A stretch of DNA of 64,000 bases from NCBI GenBank assembly GCA_035496255.1, contig DATJEU010000006.1, positions 10,254 through 74,253 of the forward strand, written 5' to 3'. Source of the stretch: Vicinamibacterales bacterium. Lineage in GTDB: Bacteria; Acidobacteriota; Vicinamibacteria; Vicinamibacterales; UBA2999. The position numbers were made by a program, and so were the translations under genes. The notes under the pieces were generated by a model. It did no database searches and was not told where the DNA came from. It worked only from the letters and a program-made list of their open reading frames with translations. Positions 27,256 to 35,574 of this stretch are shown one piece after another (position 1 is the first letter of the stretch; each line of letters opens with the position of its first letter).

Positions 27256-28281
27256 TCACCGACTTTTCGCGATCGTCATCGCAGCAATCGTCAGTCCCGG
27301 CAACATCAGCAGCGCGAGCCACAGCCACGACCATCGATTGCCGAAGTTCAACGTATAGCCGATGCCGAAGCGCTTGACGACGAAGATCGCGGGGTCGTCC
27401 GGGTTGTAATAGAACATCCCGCCCCCCTTCCAGCACGCGTCCGGCGTGAAATCACCGCCGCTCGCCTTGAGCCGCCGCGTCATGATCAATCCGCCGGCGA
27501 TCGCGCTGACGACGAACAGCGCGACCAGAGTCGGAATGACCGTGGCGAATCGCATCAGCCCTGGCACGACCGGCAGCATCATCGTCCAGCTGAAGGTGAG
27601 TGCTACGAGCATCTGGACGCCGAGGACGATGCGCAGGTTCAGGTTGCGCATGCGGCGATCGGTGTCCGACCCGCCGCGCGTCTTGTGCGCGATTGCGTAG
27701 TAGAGGCCGCTGACTGCCGCACAGACGGCGGCGCTGATCACAGCAGGAGCGAACACGCCAACAAACGATCGTGTGCCCCAGCCGTTCGGGCGTCCCGTCG
27801 CATCCCAGTGAATTGGAAACCGATCCGGAATCGCGTCCCAGTGAAGCGAGACGTACAGCGCCGTCAGGCCGATGAGTGCGAACGGCAGCAGTTGAAGGAC
27901 GGCGCCGCCTTGCAGTCCGCGCGCCGGCAGCAGCTCGATCTCGCGTGGTCCTGACGGCTGCGCATAGGGCAGCGTATGCCGCCGCGCGTTCACGAGTGCC
28001 ACCGCCGCGGCGACGAGCTGCCACGTAGACCCGACGATGACGATGAACGGCCAGCGACCGATCAACAGGGCGGCCACGATGACGGCGGCAGCGGTGTTGA
28101 GCCACAGCACGAGTCTGAAGCGCGCGAGGATCGCGCGTCCTGGCGGCGATGAGCGGAAGCCGGGCGCGACCGTCACCGCGAAAAAGATTTCAGGGCGCGA
28201 CAGGTGCGGTGTGATGTGGAACATCAGCGCCATCAGCAGCATCGCGGATGGCACGACCAGATGCGCAAGGACAGGGCTCAC
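27256..28281 (-). CDS. Polytopic membrane protein, DUF1648 + DUF5808-like
   Basis: IPDRFPIHWDATGRPNGWG (DUF1648-type) and C-terminal MFYYNPDDPAIFVVKRFGIGYTLNFG (DUF5808-type). Overlaps the upstream GntR gene by 4 nt. Confidence 0.7.
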   Translation of the reverse strand: MSPVLAHLVVPSAMLLMALMFHITPHLSRPEIFFAVTVAPGFRSSPPGRAILARFRLVLWLNTAAAVIVAALLIGRWPFIVIVGSTWQLVAAAVALVNARRHTLPYAQPSGPREIELLPARGLQGGAVLQLLPFALIGLTALYVSLHWDAIPDRFPIHWDATGRPNGWGTRSFVGVFAPAVISAAVCAAVSGLYYAIAHKTRGGSDTDRRMRNLNLRIVLGVQMLVALTFSWTMMLPVVPGLMRFATVIPTLVALFVVSAIAGGLIMTRRLKASGGDFTPDACWKGGGMFYYNPDDPAIFVVKRFGIGYTLNFGNRWSWLWLALLMLPGLTIAAMTIAKSR

Positions 28282-28691
28282 TGACGTCTCCCGGCGTTGG
28301 CCGGTGTGCCCGCCGTCAGCTCTTCAGCAATGTCGCGCAGCGCCTGGGCCACCGCGGCGGCGCTGAGTCCGGCCGCGTGAGCTTCAGCGGCCAGTTCGCG
28401 CAGACGCCGGCCAAACGCCTTGCGGGTTTCCGGTGTCGCTTTCGGGTGGGCGCGATCGAGGACGGTGGCGCCGTGGCGCCGGCGCAATTCGAGCCAGCCT
28501 TCATCGGCGAGGAGGCGGTACGCCTCTGCCACGGTGTTGTGATGCACGCCGAGGTCGAGTGCCAGTTCACGGACAGTCGGCAGCCGATCTCCGGGCCCGA
28601 AGGCCCCGGCGACCAGCAGCGTGCGCAGCGCGTTGATGATCTGCTGATAGACCGGCGTTGCGTCGGACGGGTCGATGCGGATCGAGGCCAC
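28278..28691 (-). CDS. GntR-family (short YtrA-like) transcriptional regulator
   Basis: 137 aa. HTH block PGDRLPTVRELALDLGVHHNTVAEAYRLLADEGW. Confidence 0.85.
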   Translation of the reverse strand: MASIRIDPSDATPVYQQIINALRTLLVAGAFGPGDRLPTVRELALDLGVHHNTVAEAYRLLADEGWLELRRRHGATVLDRAHPKATPETRKAFGRRLRELAAEAHAAGLSAAAVAQALRDIAEELTAGTPANAGRRQ

Positions 28692-28694
28692 GAC

Positions 28695-28720
28695 TGTCTA
28701 ATGTATACAAACAATAGACA
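28695..28720. promoter_or_regulatory. Inverted repeat TGTCTA-N14-TAGACA with central GTATAC, candidate GntR operator
   Basis: Starts 4 nt upstream of the GntR GTG. Also contains TACATT (minus strand) 8 nt before the start codon. Confidence 0.35.
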
Positions 28721-28759
28721 TTCACTGTCAAGCGATGGCGTGCCCTCAGCGGTAATCTT

Positions 28760-28794
28760 CGTCGTGACCGTCGTGACCGTCGTGACCGTCGTGG
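28760..28794. repeat. Tandem 9-mer CGTCGTGAC x3.9
   Basis: Perfect copies at 28760, 28769 and 28778, plus a partial copy at 28787. Intergenic, between the ADOP permease stop and the GntR promoter. Confidence 0.85.
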
Positions 28795-28816
28795 GTTTCG
28801 TGTACGGACGGTATCG

Positions 28817-31177
28817 TCACTCGGCGCGCAGGATGCTCAATGGATCGGTGCGCGCCGCGCGCAGCGCCGAGGGCAGAATCGCGGCGATTCCGGCGGCGAG
28901 GATCACTGCCGTCGCCGTAGCGCCGGCCAGCAGCGTGAGCTGCGAGTTCGGCGTCGCCAGCTCACCGAGCGCATGCGATGACCACCACGCCAGCAGCGCG
29001 CCGGCCGTGCCGCCCGACGCCAACAGCCGTCCGCCATCGGCGATTGCTGCGCGCAGCAGCCGGCCAGGATTCGCGCCGATTGCCACGCGCAGCGCCAGCT
29101 CGCCGCGGCGGCGTGCGATGTCGTGCGCCATCACGCCGAACAACCCGATGAATGCCAGCGCGATCGCGAGGGTCGCGAAGGCGAGGAAGGTGGTTGTGAG
29201 GACACGGCGCGCCGGAACGCCTGGTGAGCGGTCGATGATCTCGCGCATCGGCTCGACGCCGTAGACCGCCACGTTTGGATCGAGGCGAGCCACGGCGTCG
29301 CGCACGATCGCCGTCGCCTGCGCGTTGCTGCTCGCAGATCTCACGACGATGCGATTCGAGTTCGACGGCTGCTGGAACCCTGACACATACAGGGTCGGGT
29401 GCGTCGGTTCATCGAGCGAACGGTGCTTGACGTCGCCGGCAACGCCGATCACCTCCGCCGAGGTCGCGGCCTCGGTCATCCATACGTGCTCGCCGATTGG
29501 CGATTGCGAGCCAAAGAGCCTGGCCGCGAGCGCCTGGCTGATGATGACGCGCGGTGGGCTGTCGATCGAGTCCCGTCGATCGAAGTCCCGGCCGGCGAGC
29601 GGAATCCGCATCACCTCGAAGTAGCCGGGCATGGTCGTGCGCACCACCGATTCCGTCCCGGTGCGGCCCGGCCGTGCGCTCACGACACGTCGACCGTGAT
29701 CGACGGTCATCGGCAGTTCGTCGATGATCGCGGCGTGACCGCTCCCGAAGCGATCGTCGAGCGTGTTCTGCAGCGCACCATAGAACGCCGCAACACGCTC
29801 GCCGCCGCCATACGTCGCCGCCGGCACCGACACCGCCAGTGTCAGCACGCCTGAGTCGAAGCCCGGGTTGATCCGCAGGACGTCGCGTAACGTGCCTCCG
29901 ATCAACGTCATCGAGACGAGGAGGACGAACGCCAGCGCGATCTCGCCGGCGACGAACAGCCGCCGCAGTCGCAGTTCGCCGGGTGTGGCCGTCGTTCCGC
30001 GGCGAAGGACATCGACCAGGCGCCATCGAGCGATGCCGAGTGAGGGCAGCAGTCCGGCGGCCGTCGCACACACGGCGGCCGTCAGCACGATCACGATCGT
30101 GACCGTTGCATTCACGTTGACGTCGACCGGCCTGGCGAGAAACCGCGCAAACACGAACCGGCTGGCCAGCGGTGTCAGCCACCTCGCGACCGCAAAACCG
30201 ATCGCCGCCCCGGCCGTCACGATCGTGAGCGCCTCGAGCAGGAGCTGTCGGCTGATTTCCCAGCGTCCGGCACCAAGGGCGGTCCGGACCGCCAGCTCAC
30301 GGCGGCGATCGATCGATCGCACGACGAGCAATCCCGCAAGATTCGCGAATGCAAGCAGCCACGCGATCGCCGCCGCGCCGCCGAGCAACAGCACCGTTCG
30401 CCGGCTGTCACCCGCAATCAGTCGTGTCACCGGCGTTGCGACCACGTGCGCCGGCGGCGACGAGGTTCGGCTCACATCGTCGAGCGCGGCGGCCAGTTGC
30501 GTTGCCGGCACATGTGCGGCCAGACGCGCCATCACGCCAACCGGTGTCCGGCCGCGCGCCGGCTCCTTCGATGGCAGCCGGATCGGACGCCAGAACTGCG
30601 CGTCGCTGAACGCATATGAAAACGTCTGCGGCAACACGCCGATCACGACGTGCGGCACGTTGCCGAGCATGATCTGGCGTCCGATGACTGACGGAGTGCC
30701 GGCGAAGCGGCTTTGCCAGAACGCGTAACTCAGGATGACGCGCGGTTGCCCCGCATCCCCCGACGCAAACCCTCGTCCCATCGCCGGAGTGACGCCCAGG
30801 AGCGTGAGGAAACCAGGCGTCACGTCGTTTACGCCGACCCGTTCCGGCGCACCGATTCCAGTCAGCGTGAGGTTGGTGCCGTCGAGCGCTTCGAGCGTTG
30901 CCAGATGCTGCGCCCGCTCGCGCCATCGCTCGAACGTCGCATATTCAATTGTCCTGGGAGGAGCGGTTGCGTCCTCGACGGGTACTTGGCCGAGCCTGAC
31001 CAGCGCGCTCGGGTTGACGAAAGGCGGAGGCGTCAGCAGGACCGCATCCACCAACGCGAAGATCGAAGTACCAGCCGCCAGTGTCAAGGCAACAGTGACC
31101 GTCGCGGCGAGGGCGCTGGCTGGCGCGTGTCGCAGGGTCCGGGCAAGGTGCCGGAAGTCCGAGCGCATGACCAGCAC
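28817..31177 (-). CDS. ADOP-type (MacB/FtsX-like) duplicated orphan permease
   Basis: 786 aa. N-terminus RSDFRHLARTLRHAPASALAATVTVALTLAAGTSIFALV. Two FtsX-like TM blocks. Confidence 0.85.
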   Translation of the reverse strand: MLVMRSDFRHLARTLRHAPASALAATVTVALTLAAGTSIFALVDAVLLTPPPFVNPSALVRLGQVPVEDATAPPRTIEYATFERWRERAQHLATLEALDGTNLTLTGIGAPERVGVNDVTPGFLTLLGVTPAMGRGFASGDAGQPRVILSYAFWQSRFAGTPSVIGRQIMLGNVPHVVIGVLPQTFSYAFSDAQFWRPIRLPSKEPARGRTPVGVMARLAAHVPATQLAAALDDVSRTSSPPAHVVATPVTRLIAGDSRRTVLLLGGAAAIAWLLAFANLAGLLVVRSIDRRRELAVRTALGAGRWEISRQLLLEALTIVTAGAAIGFAVARWLTPLASRFVFARFLARPVDVNVNATVTIVIVLTAAVCATAAGLLPSLGIARWRLVDVLRRGTTATPGELRLRRLFVAGEIALAFVLLVSMTLIGGTLRDVLRINPGFDSGVLTLAVSVPAATYGGGERVAAFYGALQNTLDDRFGSGHAAIIDELPMTVDHGRRVVSARPGRTGTESVVRTTMPGYFEVMRIPLAGRDFDRRDSIDSPPRVIISQALAARLFGSQSPIGEHVWMTEAATSAEVIGVAGDVKHRSLDEPTHPTLYVSGFQQPSNSNRIVVRSASSNAQATAIVRDAVARLDPNVAVYGVEPMREIIDRSPGVPARRVLTTTFLAFATLAIALAFIGLFGVMAHDIARRRGELALRVAIGANPGRLLRAAIADGGRLLASGGTAGALLAWWSSHALGELATPNSQLTLLAGATATAVILAAGIAAILPSALRAARTDPLSILRAE

Positions 31178-31434
31178 CAGAGGTCAAAGAAAATGCCAGC
31201 GAAGCCGGCGGGCATTCTGCGGGGATTCTGGGAAACAATCGGCGCCGCAGCGACCGCGGCGTCCGTTCGTGGGAATGCACTGACCGCCGCCGCACGCCTT
31301 GTCCGATGTCAGTTCTCGCTCGGTTTATCGGCGCGACGATGATGATACCGGCTCGCGACTCTGGCCCCTTGGACCGTTGAATAGCATCCGCCACGCCTCG
31401 CCGCCATCCGTCGCGCTGCCCGCCGAGCACGCGG

Positions 31435-31463
31435 TTGCGGGCGGTGTGGGCGTCGGTTACGAT
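31435..31463 (+). promoter_or_regulatory. Candidate sigma70-type promoter for tRNA-Ala (TTGCGG-N17-TACGAT)
   Basis: Hexamers at 31435-40 and 31458-63; the tRNA starts at 31482. Confidence 0.3.
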
Positions 31464-31481
31464 GGAGTGCTCAGCCGAGTT

Positions 31482-31557
31482 GGGCCTGTGGCGCAGTTGG
31501 GAGCGCGCCTGAATGGCATTCAGGAGGTCACCGGTTCGAACCCGGTCAGGTCCACCA
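31482..31557 (+). tRNA. tRNA-Ala (anticodon GGC), CCA encoded
   Basis: Hand-folded 76-nt cloverleaf: acceptor GGGCCTG/CAGGTCC with the G3:U70 alanine identity pair, D-loop AGTTGGGA, anticodon loop ATGGCAT, T-loop TTCGAAC, discriminator A, CCA. Confidence 0.95.
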
Positions 31558-31559
31558 AC

Positions 31560-31656
31560 CTTCGCTCACGCTTGCCAACGAACGCGTGATCCTTCAATCA
31601 CTTCGCTCATGCTTGCCAATGTGCGCGTGAGCCACGGTTGGCAAGCCACGCGAAGG
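31560..31656. repeat. Two ~30-bp direct repeats plus a partial inverted copy immediately 3' of the tRNA
   Basis: CTTCGCTCACGCTTGCCAACGAACGCGTGA (31560-89) against CTTCGCTCATGCTTGCCAATGTGCGCGTGA (31601-30). TTGGCAAGCCACGCGAAG (31638-55) is the inverted partner. Confidence 0.6.
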
Positions 31657-31691
31657 TTGTCCGTGTAGCTCAGTAGCAGCGAATGATGACG

Positions 31692-31734
31692 CGGGCTGCG
31701 GTCTCCGGACGAATGCACCCGAAGACCGCAGCCC
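31692..31734 (-). terminator. 13-bp perfect GC-rich hairpin downstream of the secreted EEP gene
   Basis: CGGGCTGCGGTCT ... AGACCGCAGCCCG with a 17-nt loop, about 30 nt after the stop at 31764. No clear U-tract. Confidence 0.45.
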
Positions 31735-31763
31735 GAAGTCCGGAGCCAGAAGCCCGCGGCCCC

Positions 31764-33797
31764 CTACTGCACCTCATAGACCGCGAGAATCGGCCGGTGG
31801 TCCGACGGCATCACGCCGTTCGCATCGCGGGTGTCGACGACTTCTACTCGAATCAGCTTCAGATTGCTGGCCTTCTTCGACGTCATCACGAAATCGATTC
31901 GGCTGTTGCGCGTATAGCCGTTCGGGTTGTCCGACGCCGAATACGCAAAGCCGCCCGACTTGGCCACGAGCCAGCCATCGGTATACGTGTTCTTCAGGTA
32001 GGTCAGCGTGCTCGACGTCGGCTGTGCATTGAGGTCGCCGACAACGATCCGGTTTTCCGCGAAACCGAGCTCCCAGGGCACCACCGCTTGAGCCTGATCG
32101 AGACGGTAGCTTTCCGAGTCGGGGTCGAAGTGCGTTGACGAGAACGTGACATTGCGGCCGTTGAAGCTGATCCCGCCGAGCGCCACCGTGCGGACGTGCG
32201 GCGTCAGATAGCGCGCGGTGAAGGTCCACGGGAAACGCGAGAGAATCAGGTTGCCCTTCCCGTTCGCCGTCCAGTTGCCGTATTCCTGAGCCCACACCAT
32301 GTACCAGGTCTGTCCGGTCTTCTCTTCCAGCAGCTTTTTGTAGACCGCAGGCTGGTCCTGGTTGCCCCAACCGGTGTACTTCTCGATCTCGTTGAACGAG
32401 ACCACGTCCGGTTTCAGCTTGGCCACCCAGGTCGCGAGCCGATTGGTGTCGTACTTGCCGTCGGTGCCGTAGCCGCCGTGATGCGTGTTCCAGTGGACCA
32501 CCCGCAATGTCTTCGTGGAGCCGCTCGACGAGGTGCTCGTCGACGTCGAGCCCGCCTTCACCGACACCTGGTCAAAGCTGACGGTGGCGAGAGACGGATC
32601 CGCGTGGCTGCTGACGGCCAGGCCGACGTACGCAGTCGATGCCATCGGGATCGAGGTGCTTCCGACCTTCGTCCACGTCACCCCGTCCGCCGAGCGGTAA
32701 CCCGTGAACGTCGACCCCGAACGAACGAGCTTGACCCACGAGGGCGCGCGTCCGCTGGACGATGTGTTCGCGGAGGCGCCGCTCGTAACCGTGCGGCGCT
32801 GCAGCGCGGTGCCCTTGCCCGGGCTGACCAGCATGAACGCGTGGCGCGAACCGGCGTTGAGCGTCTCGCGGAACATCACGCCCGCTTTCGTCCACTCATC
32901 AACCGCTTCTTCGCTCGCGACGCGCGCGATGATGGTGCCGTCGCCGGAAAGGCTTCGGTACACGAAGCGGAATTCGTCGGCGGCGCCCCAGACGTCCGCG
33001 CCCGCGCCGGTTACCGTGAACGCCGAACTGCTGCTGCTCGTGGCCGATCCGCCGGCGCCGACACTGCCGATGTCCTTCGAGGACCATCCGCTCGGCAGCG
33101 TCCCGGTGGAACCACTGGTCGATGCGGTGCCGCCGTAAATGACCGTCAGCGTCGGCCGCAACGAACTGGTGCTCGTCTCGGAGCTGTAGAACTGCCGGTA
33201 CGAATCGCGGCTCGACGCGCCATCGTCAACGATGCCGACGCGCGTGTAGCGTGAGTCGAATTTGCCGTTGACCGCGTCCTGGACGAGCGCCGTGACGTCG
33301 AACGAGACCTTGCTGCCGGCGGTGCCGGTCGCCCGTCCGGTGGCGTACTTGCCACTGAGCGACGCGCCTGTCGTGCTCCACGCCAGAGAGGACTTGCGGT
33401 TCTTCCAGTTCGCGGCGCGCTCGTCGAACGACTGCGCCACACGGTAGGCGGTCAGCGTGCGCGTCTCGCTGTTGCCGCCTTTCACGGTGAGCGTCAACAC
33501 GGCTGATTGAATGGCGGCCCCGGCGGGAACGTAGTCCTGGGTATCGAACTTCAGAAGCGCTCGCCGTTCGTACTGGTCGTCGCTGCTTGCACGGGTCTCG
33601 AGAATCGCGTCCGCGCCGAAATTGGTCGTGGCATAGGAGCCGCCGCGAATCGTGGTGTCCACGGTCAACTGCTGCCGTGTGTTGAGCACCACCGTCTTCT
33701 GAGCGAGCGCCGGAGAACTGGTGAGGAGGAAACCAAGGACGGTCGCCATCGTGATCGTGGCGGTACGGACGAAGTCATACCTGCATCGACGCATCAA
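31764..33797 (-). CDS. Secreted multidomain protein: DNRLRE-like N-domain, ConA/LamG-like jelly-roll, C-terminal endonuclease/exonuclease/phosphatase (EEP) domain
   Basis: Signal peptide ending ALA-QK. ERRALLKFD block; GADVWGAADEFRFVY...TKAGVMFRE jelly-roll block; EEP blocks LRVVHWNTHHG...SFNEIE and the terminal SDHRPILAVYEV. Confidence 0.7.
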   Translation of the reverse strand: MMRRCRYDFVRTATITMATVLGFLLTSSPALAQKTVVLNTRQQLTVDTTIRGGSYATTNFGADAILETRASSDDQYERRALLKFDTQDYVPAGAAIQSAVLTLTVKGGNSETRTLTAYRVAQSFDERAANWKNRKSSLAWSTTGASLSGKYATGRATGTAGSKVSFDVTALVQDAVNGKFDSRYTRVGIVDDGASSRDSYRQFYSSETSTSSLRPTLTVIYGGTASTSGSTGTLPSGWSSKDIGSVGAGGSATSSSSSAFTVTGAGADVWGAADEFRFVYRSLSGDGTIIARVASEEAVDEWTKAGVMFRETLNAGSRHAFMLVSPGKGTALQRRTVTSGASANTSSSGRAPSWVKLVRSGSTFTGYRSADGVTWTKVGSTSIPMASTAYVGLAVSSHADPSLATVSFDQVSVKAGSTSTSTSSSGSTKTLRVVHWNTHHGGYGTDGKYDTNRLATWVAKLKPDVVSFNEIEKYTGWGNQDQPAVYKKLLEEKTGQTWYMVWAQEYGNWTANGKGNLILSRFPWTFTARYLTPHVRTVALGGISFNGRNVTFSSTHFDPDSESYRLDQAQAVVPWELGFAENRIVVGDLNAQPTSSTLTYLKNTYTDGWLVAKSGGFAYSASDNPNGYTRNSRIDFVMTSKKASNLKLIRVEVVDTRDANGVMPSDHRPILAVYEVQ

Positions 33798-34169
33798 TCG
33801 AACCCCTGCGTGAGTTTGTTTGGGTATCGCCCGAAGGCGATGGAGTGATGACGGGGTGGTGATGCCCCGAATCGACGCCGCTCAGGGCAAGCGACTCGCC
33901 AGAAGCTGGAAGGCCGTTCGATTCAGTGAATTACATATGGAGGGGAGGAGCCGCAGTGCAGCAGTGACGGTGAAGACAACTGATCCGTTTGGACAGTCTT
34001 ACGCACCAGGTCCACCGACAGCCGAAATTGAATGAGAAGTTTACGATTCCGAGGACGTAGCCGGGAACGGCCGGGTTGGGAATCAGGACGAGCGCGGGTT
34101 GAGAGCTCGAAAGAGCCATCCTCTTCAGACCCGAAGCGCATCAGGAGGCGACGATTCCACGTCCCCTGG

Positions 34170-34577
34170 CTAGCTCGCCGCGGTACCACGCCTTGCGTGC
34201 ACGCGTTCGTAGCACGCGGCACACAGGCTCACGGTCGTGCGGCCTTCCTCGTCGGAATTCAGGAACTCTTCGATCGTCACCCAACGGCCATCGACCGCCA
34301 CCCGGCGGCACCACGCGCAGACCGTCAGCAGTTCACTGAGTGTCCGTTCGCGCGTTGACAGACGACGGTAGATACCGGCGGCGAGGCCGGTCACCAGCAG
34401 CGCTGCGGTGGCCTCGATCGCAAATTCGGAATGACGCGCGACCGATCGTTCGGCGCCGCCCAGCAGCCGTTCGGCCAGGCCGCCATATTCGTCGAGCGCG
34501 AAGACGACCAGCACCAGGATGGCGCCGCCAATCAGCACACGCCATGACGGCCGCCGCATTCGATCAGGCGGTCGCAT
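34170..34577 (-). CDS. Small 2-TM protein with C-terminal CxxC...CxxC module (paralogue B)
   Basis: 135 aa. Its ATG shares one base with the stop of paralogue A (TGATG). C-terminus LLTVCAWCRRVAVDGRWVTIEEFLNSDEEGRTTVSLCAACYER. Confidence 0.65.
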   Translation of the reverse strand: MRPPDRMRRPSWRVLIGGAILVLVVFALDEYGGLAERLLGGAERSVARHSEFAIEATAALLVTGLAAGIYRRLSTRERTLSELLTVCAWCRRVAVDGRWVTIEEFLNSDEEGRTTVSLCAACYERVHARRGTAAS

Positions 34578-35038
34578 CAGCTCGCTCGCGCGGAGACGGC
34601 GAGACCGCTGGTCTGCTCCTCGTAGCAGTCTCCGCAGATGCCGTGTGTCGTTGCCAGGTGATCGCGATTGGCCACCAGTTGTTCGAGCGAGATCCATTCG
34701 CCGCCGAATCCGATGCGCTGGCAGGACGCGCAGAGGATGAGCAGCGATTCGAGGTAAGCGACGCGGCGAAGCATGATGACCGACGTCGCCAGCACACCGG
34801 CGCCGAAGGCCAGCACCACCGCGCCCTCGAGCACCAGCTCCGACAGCCGCGGCACAGTGACCGGTTCGCCGAACAGGACGTGGGGAAGATCCAGGTACTC
34901 GTTCGCCCAGATCAGTCCCAGCAGTCCCAGGATGGCGACCGCCTCGAGCGCGACGACGCCGACGATGGAGCGAGACAACGGTTTCACAATCGCGTATCCA
35001 GAATGGTAGCCCGGCCACCAGCCATCTTCCGACGTCAA
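34577..35038 (-). CDS. Small 2-TM protein with C-terminal CxxC...CxxC module (paralogue A)
   Basis: 153 aa from TTG 35038 (alternative GTG 34987). IWANEYLDLPHVLFG loop. C-terminus LLILCASCQRIGFGGEWISLEQLVANRDHLATTHGICGDCYEE. Confidence 0.65.
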   Translation of the reverse strand: MTSEDGWWPGYHSGYAIVKPLSRSIVGVVALEAVAILGLLGLIWANEYLDLPHVLFGEPVTVPRLSELVLEGAVVLAFGAGVLATSVIMLRRVAYLESLLILCASCQRIGFGGEWISLEQLVANRDHLATTHGICGDCYEEQTSGLAVSARAS

Positions 35039-35081
35039 TCCTGTAGCGTTGTCGCGCGTGACCTGTGCTGTCCGCTCGATG

Positions 35082-35321
35082 CTATATCGTTGTCGGTATC
35101 GCCCCCGGCGCGGCGGCCGGCTGCGACCGACGGTGCGCCAGCGTCAGCCAGTCCGTGAGCTGGCGCGCGGCCTCGTCGGGTGTCTGCCCGTAGAAGGGCA
35201 TCATCGCAGTTGGCATCCCGGCCGTGCGTCGCAGTTGCGCACGCCACCGGTTGCCCACCGGCGTCACGTCAATCTGGTACGCACGTCCGCCAATCGTCTG
35301 TTCGAAGCGATGCACGTTCAC
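35082..35321 (-). CDS. Small soluble hypothetical protein (79 aa)
   Basis: High third-position GC in this frame. GTG start preceded by TTGATC-N16-TAAGAT (minus strand, 35368-35395). No recognisable domain. The track ORF extends to TTG 35432. Confidence 0.4.
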   Translation of the reverse strand: MNVHRFEQTIGGRAYQIDVTPVGNRWRAQLRRTAGMPTAMMPFYGQTPDEAARQLTDWLTLAHRRSQPAAAPGAIPTTI

Positions 35322-35574
35322 GAGTGTCGATGTCCGGAAAGAAAAGAGAGAGTTGCGAGCGCGGTTGATCTTACGCACTCGCTCGGCGCGATCAAGCGAA
35401 GCGGCGCACGAAGACTCGTGCACAGCGCGCAACTCGTTCGAGCGACGCCGGATCGGTTCACCGGAAAAATTTCATCAGCAGGATCTCCACAGGATTTGCA
35501 CGCTTCATCGACAGGTTTTCCACAGGTGCGCCCAAACCGGGTCCAGGGCGGCGCGTCCCGGTGCGGGCGGTAGA

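Noticed and set aside
28760-28794. Possible CRISPR array
   Set aside because: The units are 9 nt and directly abutting with no spacers. There are no cas genes. It is a simple tandem repeat.
31657-31690. tRNA-like fragment (GTAGCTCAGT resembles a D-arm) after tRNA-Ala
   Set aside because: No acceptor, anticodon or T-arm can be folded around it. The similarity is limited to about 10 nt.
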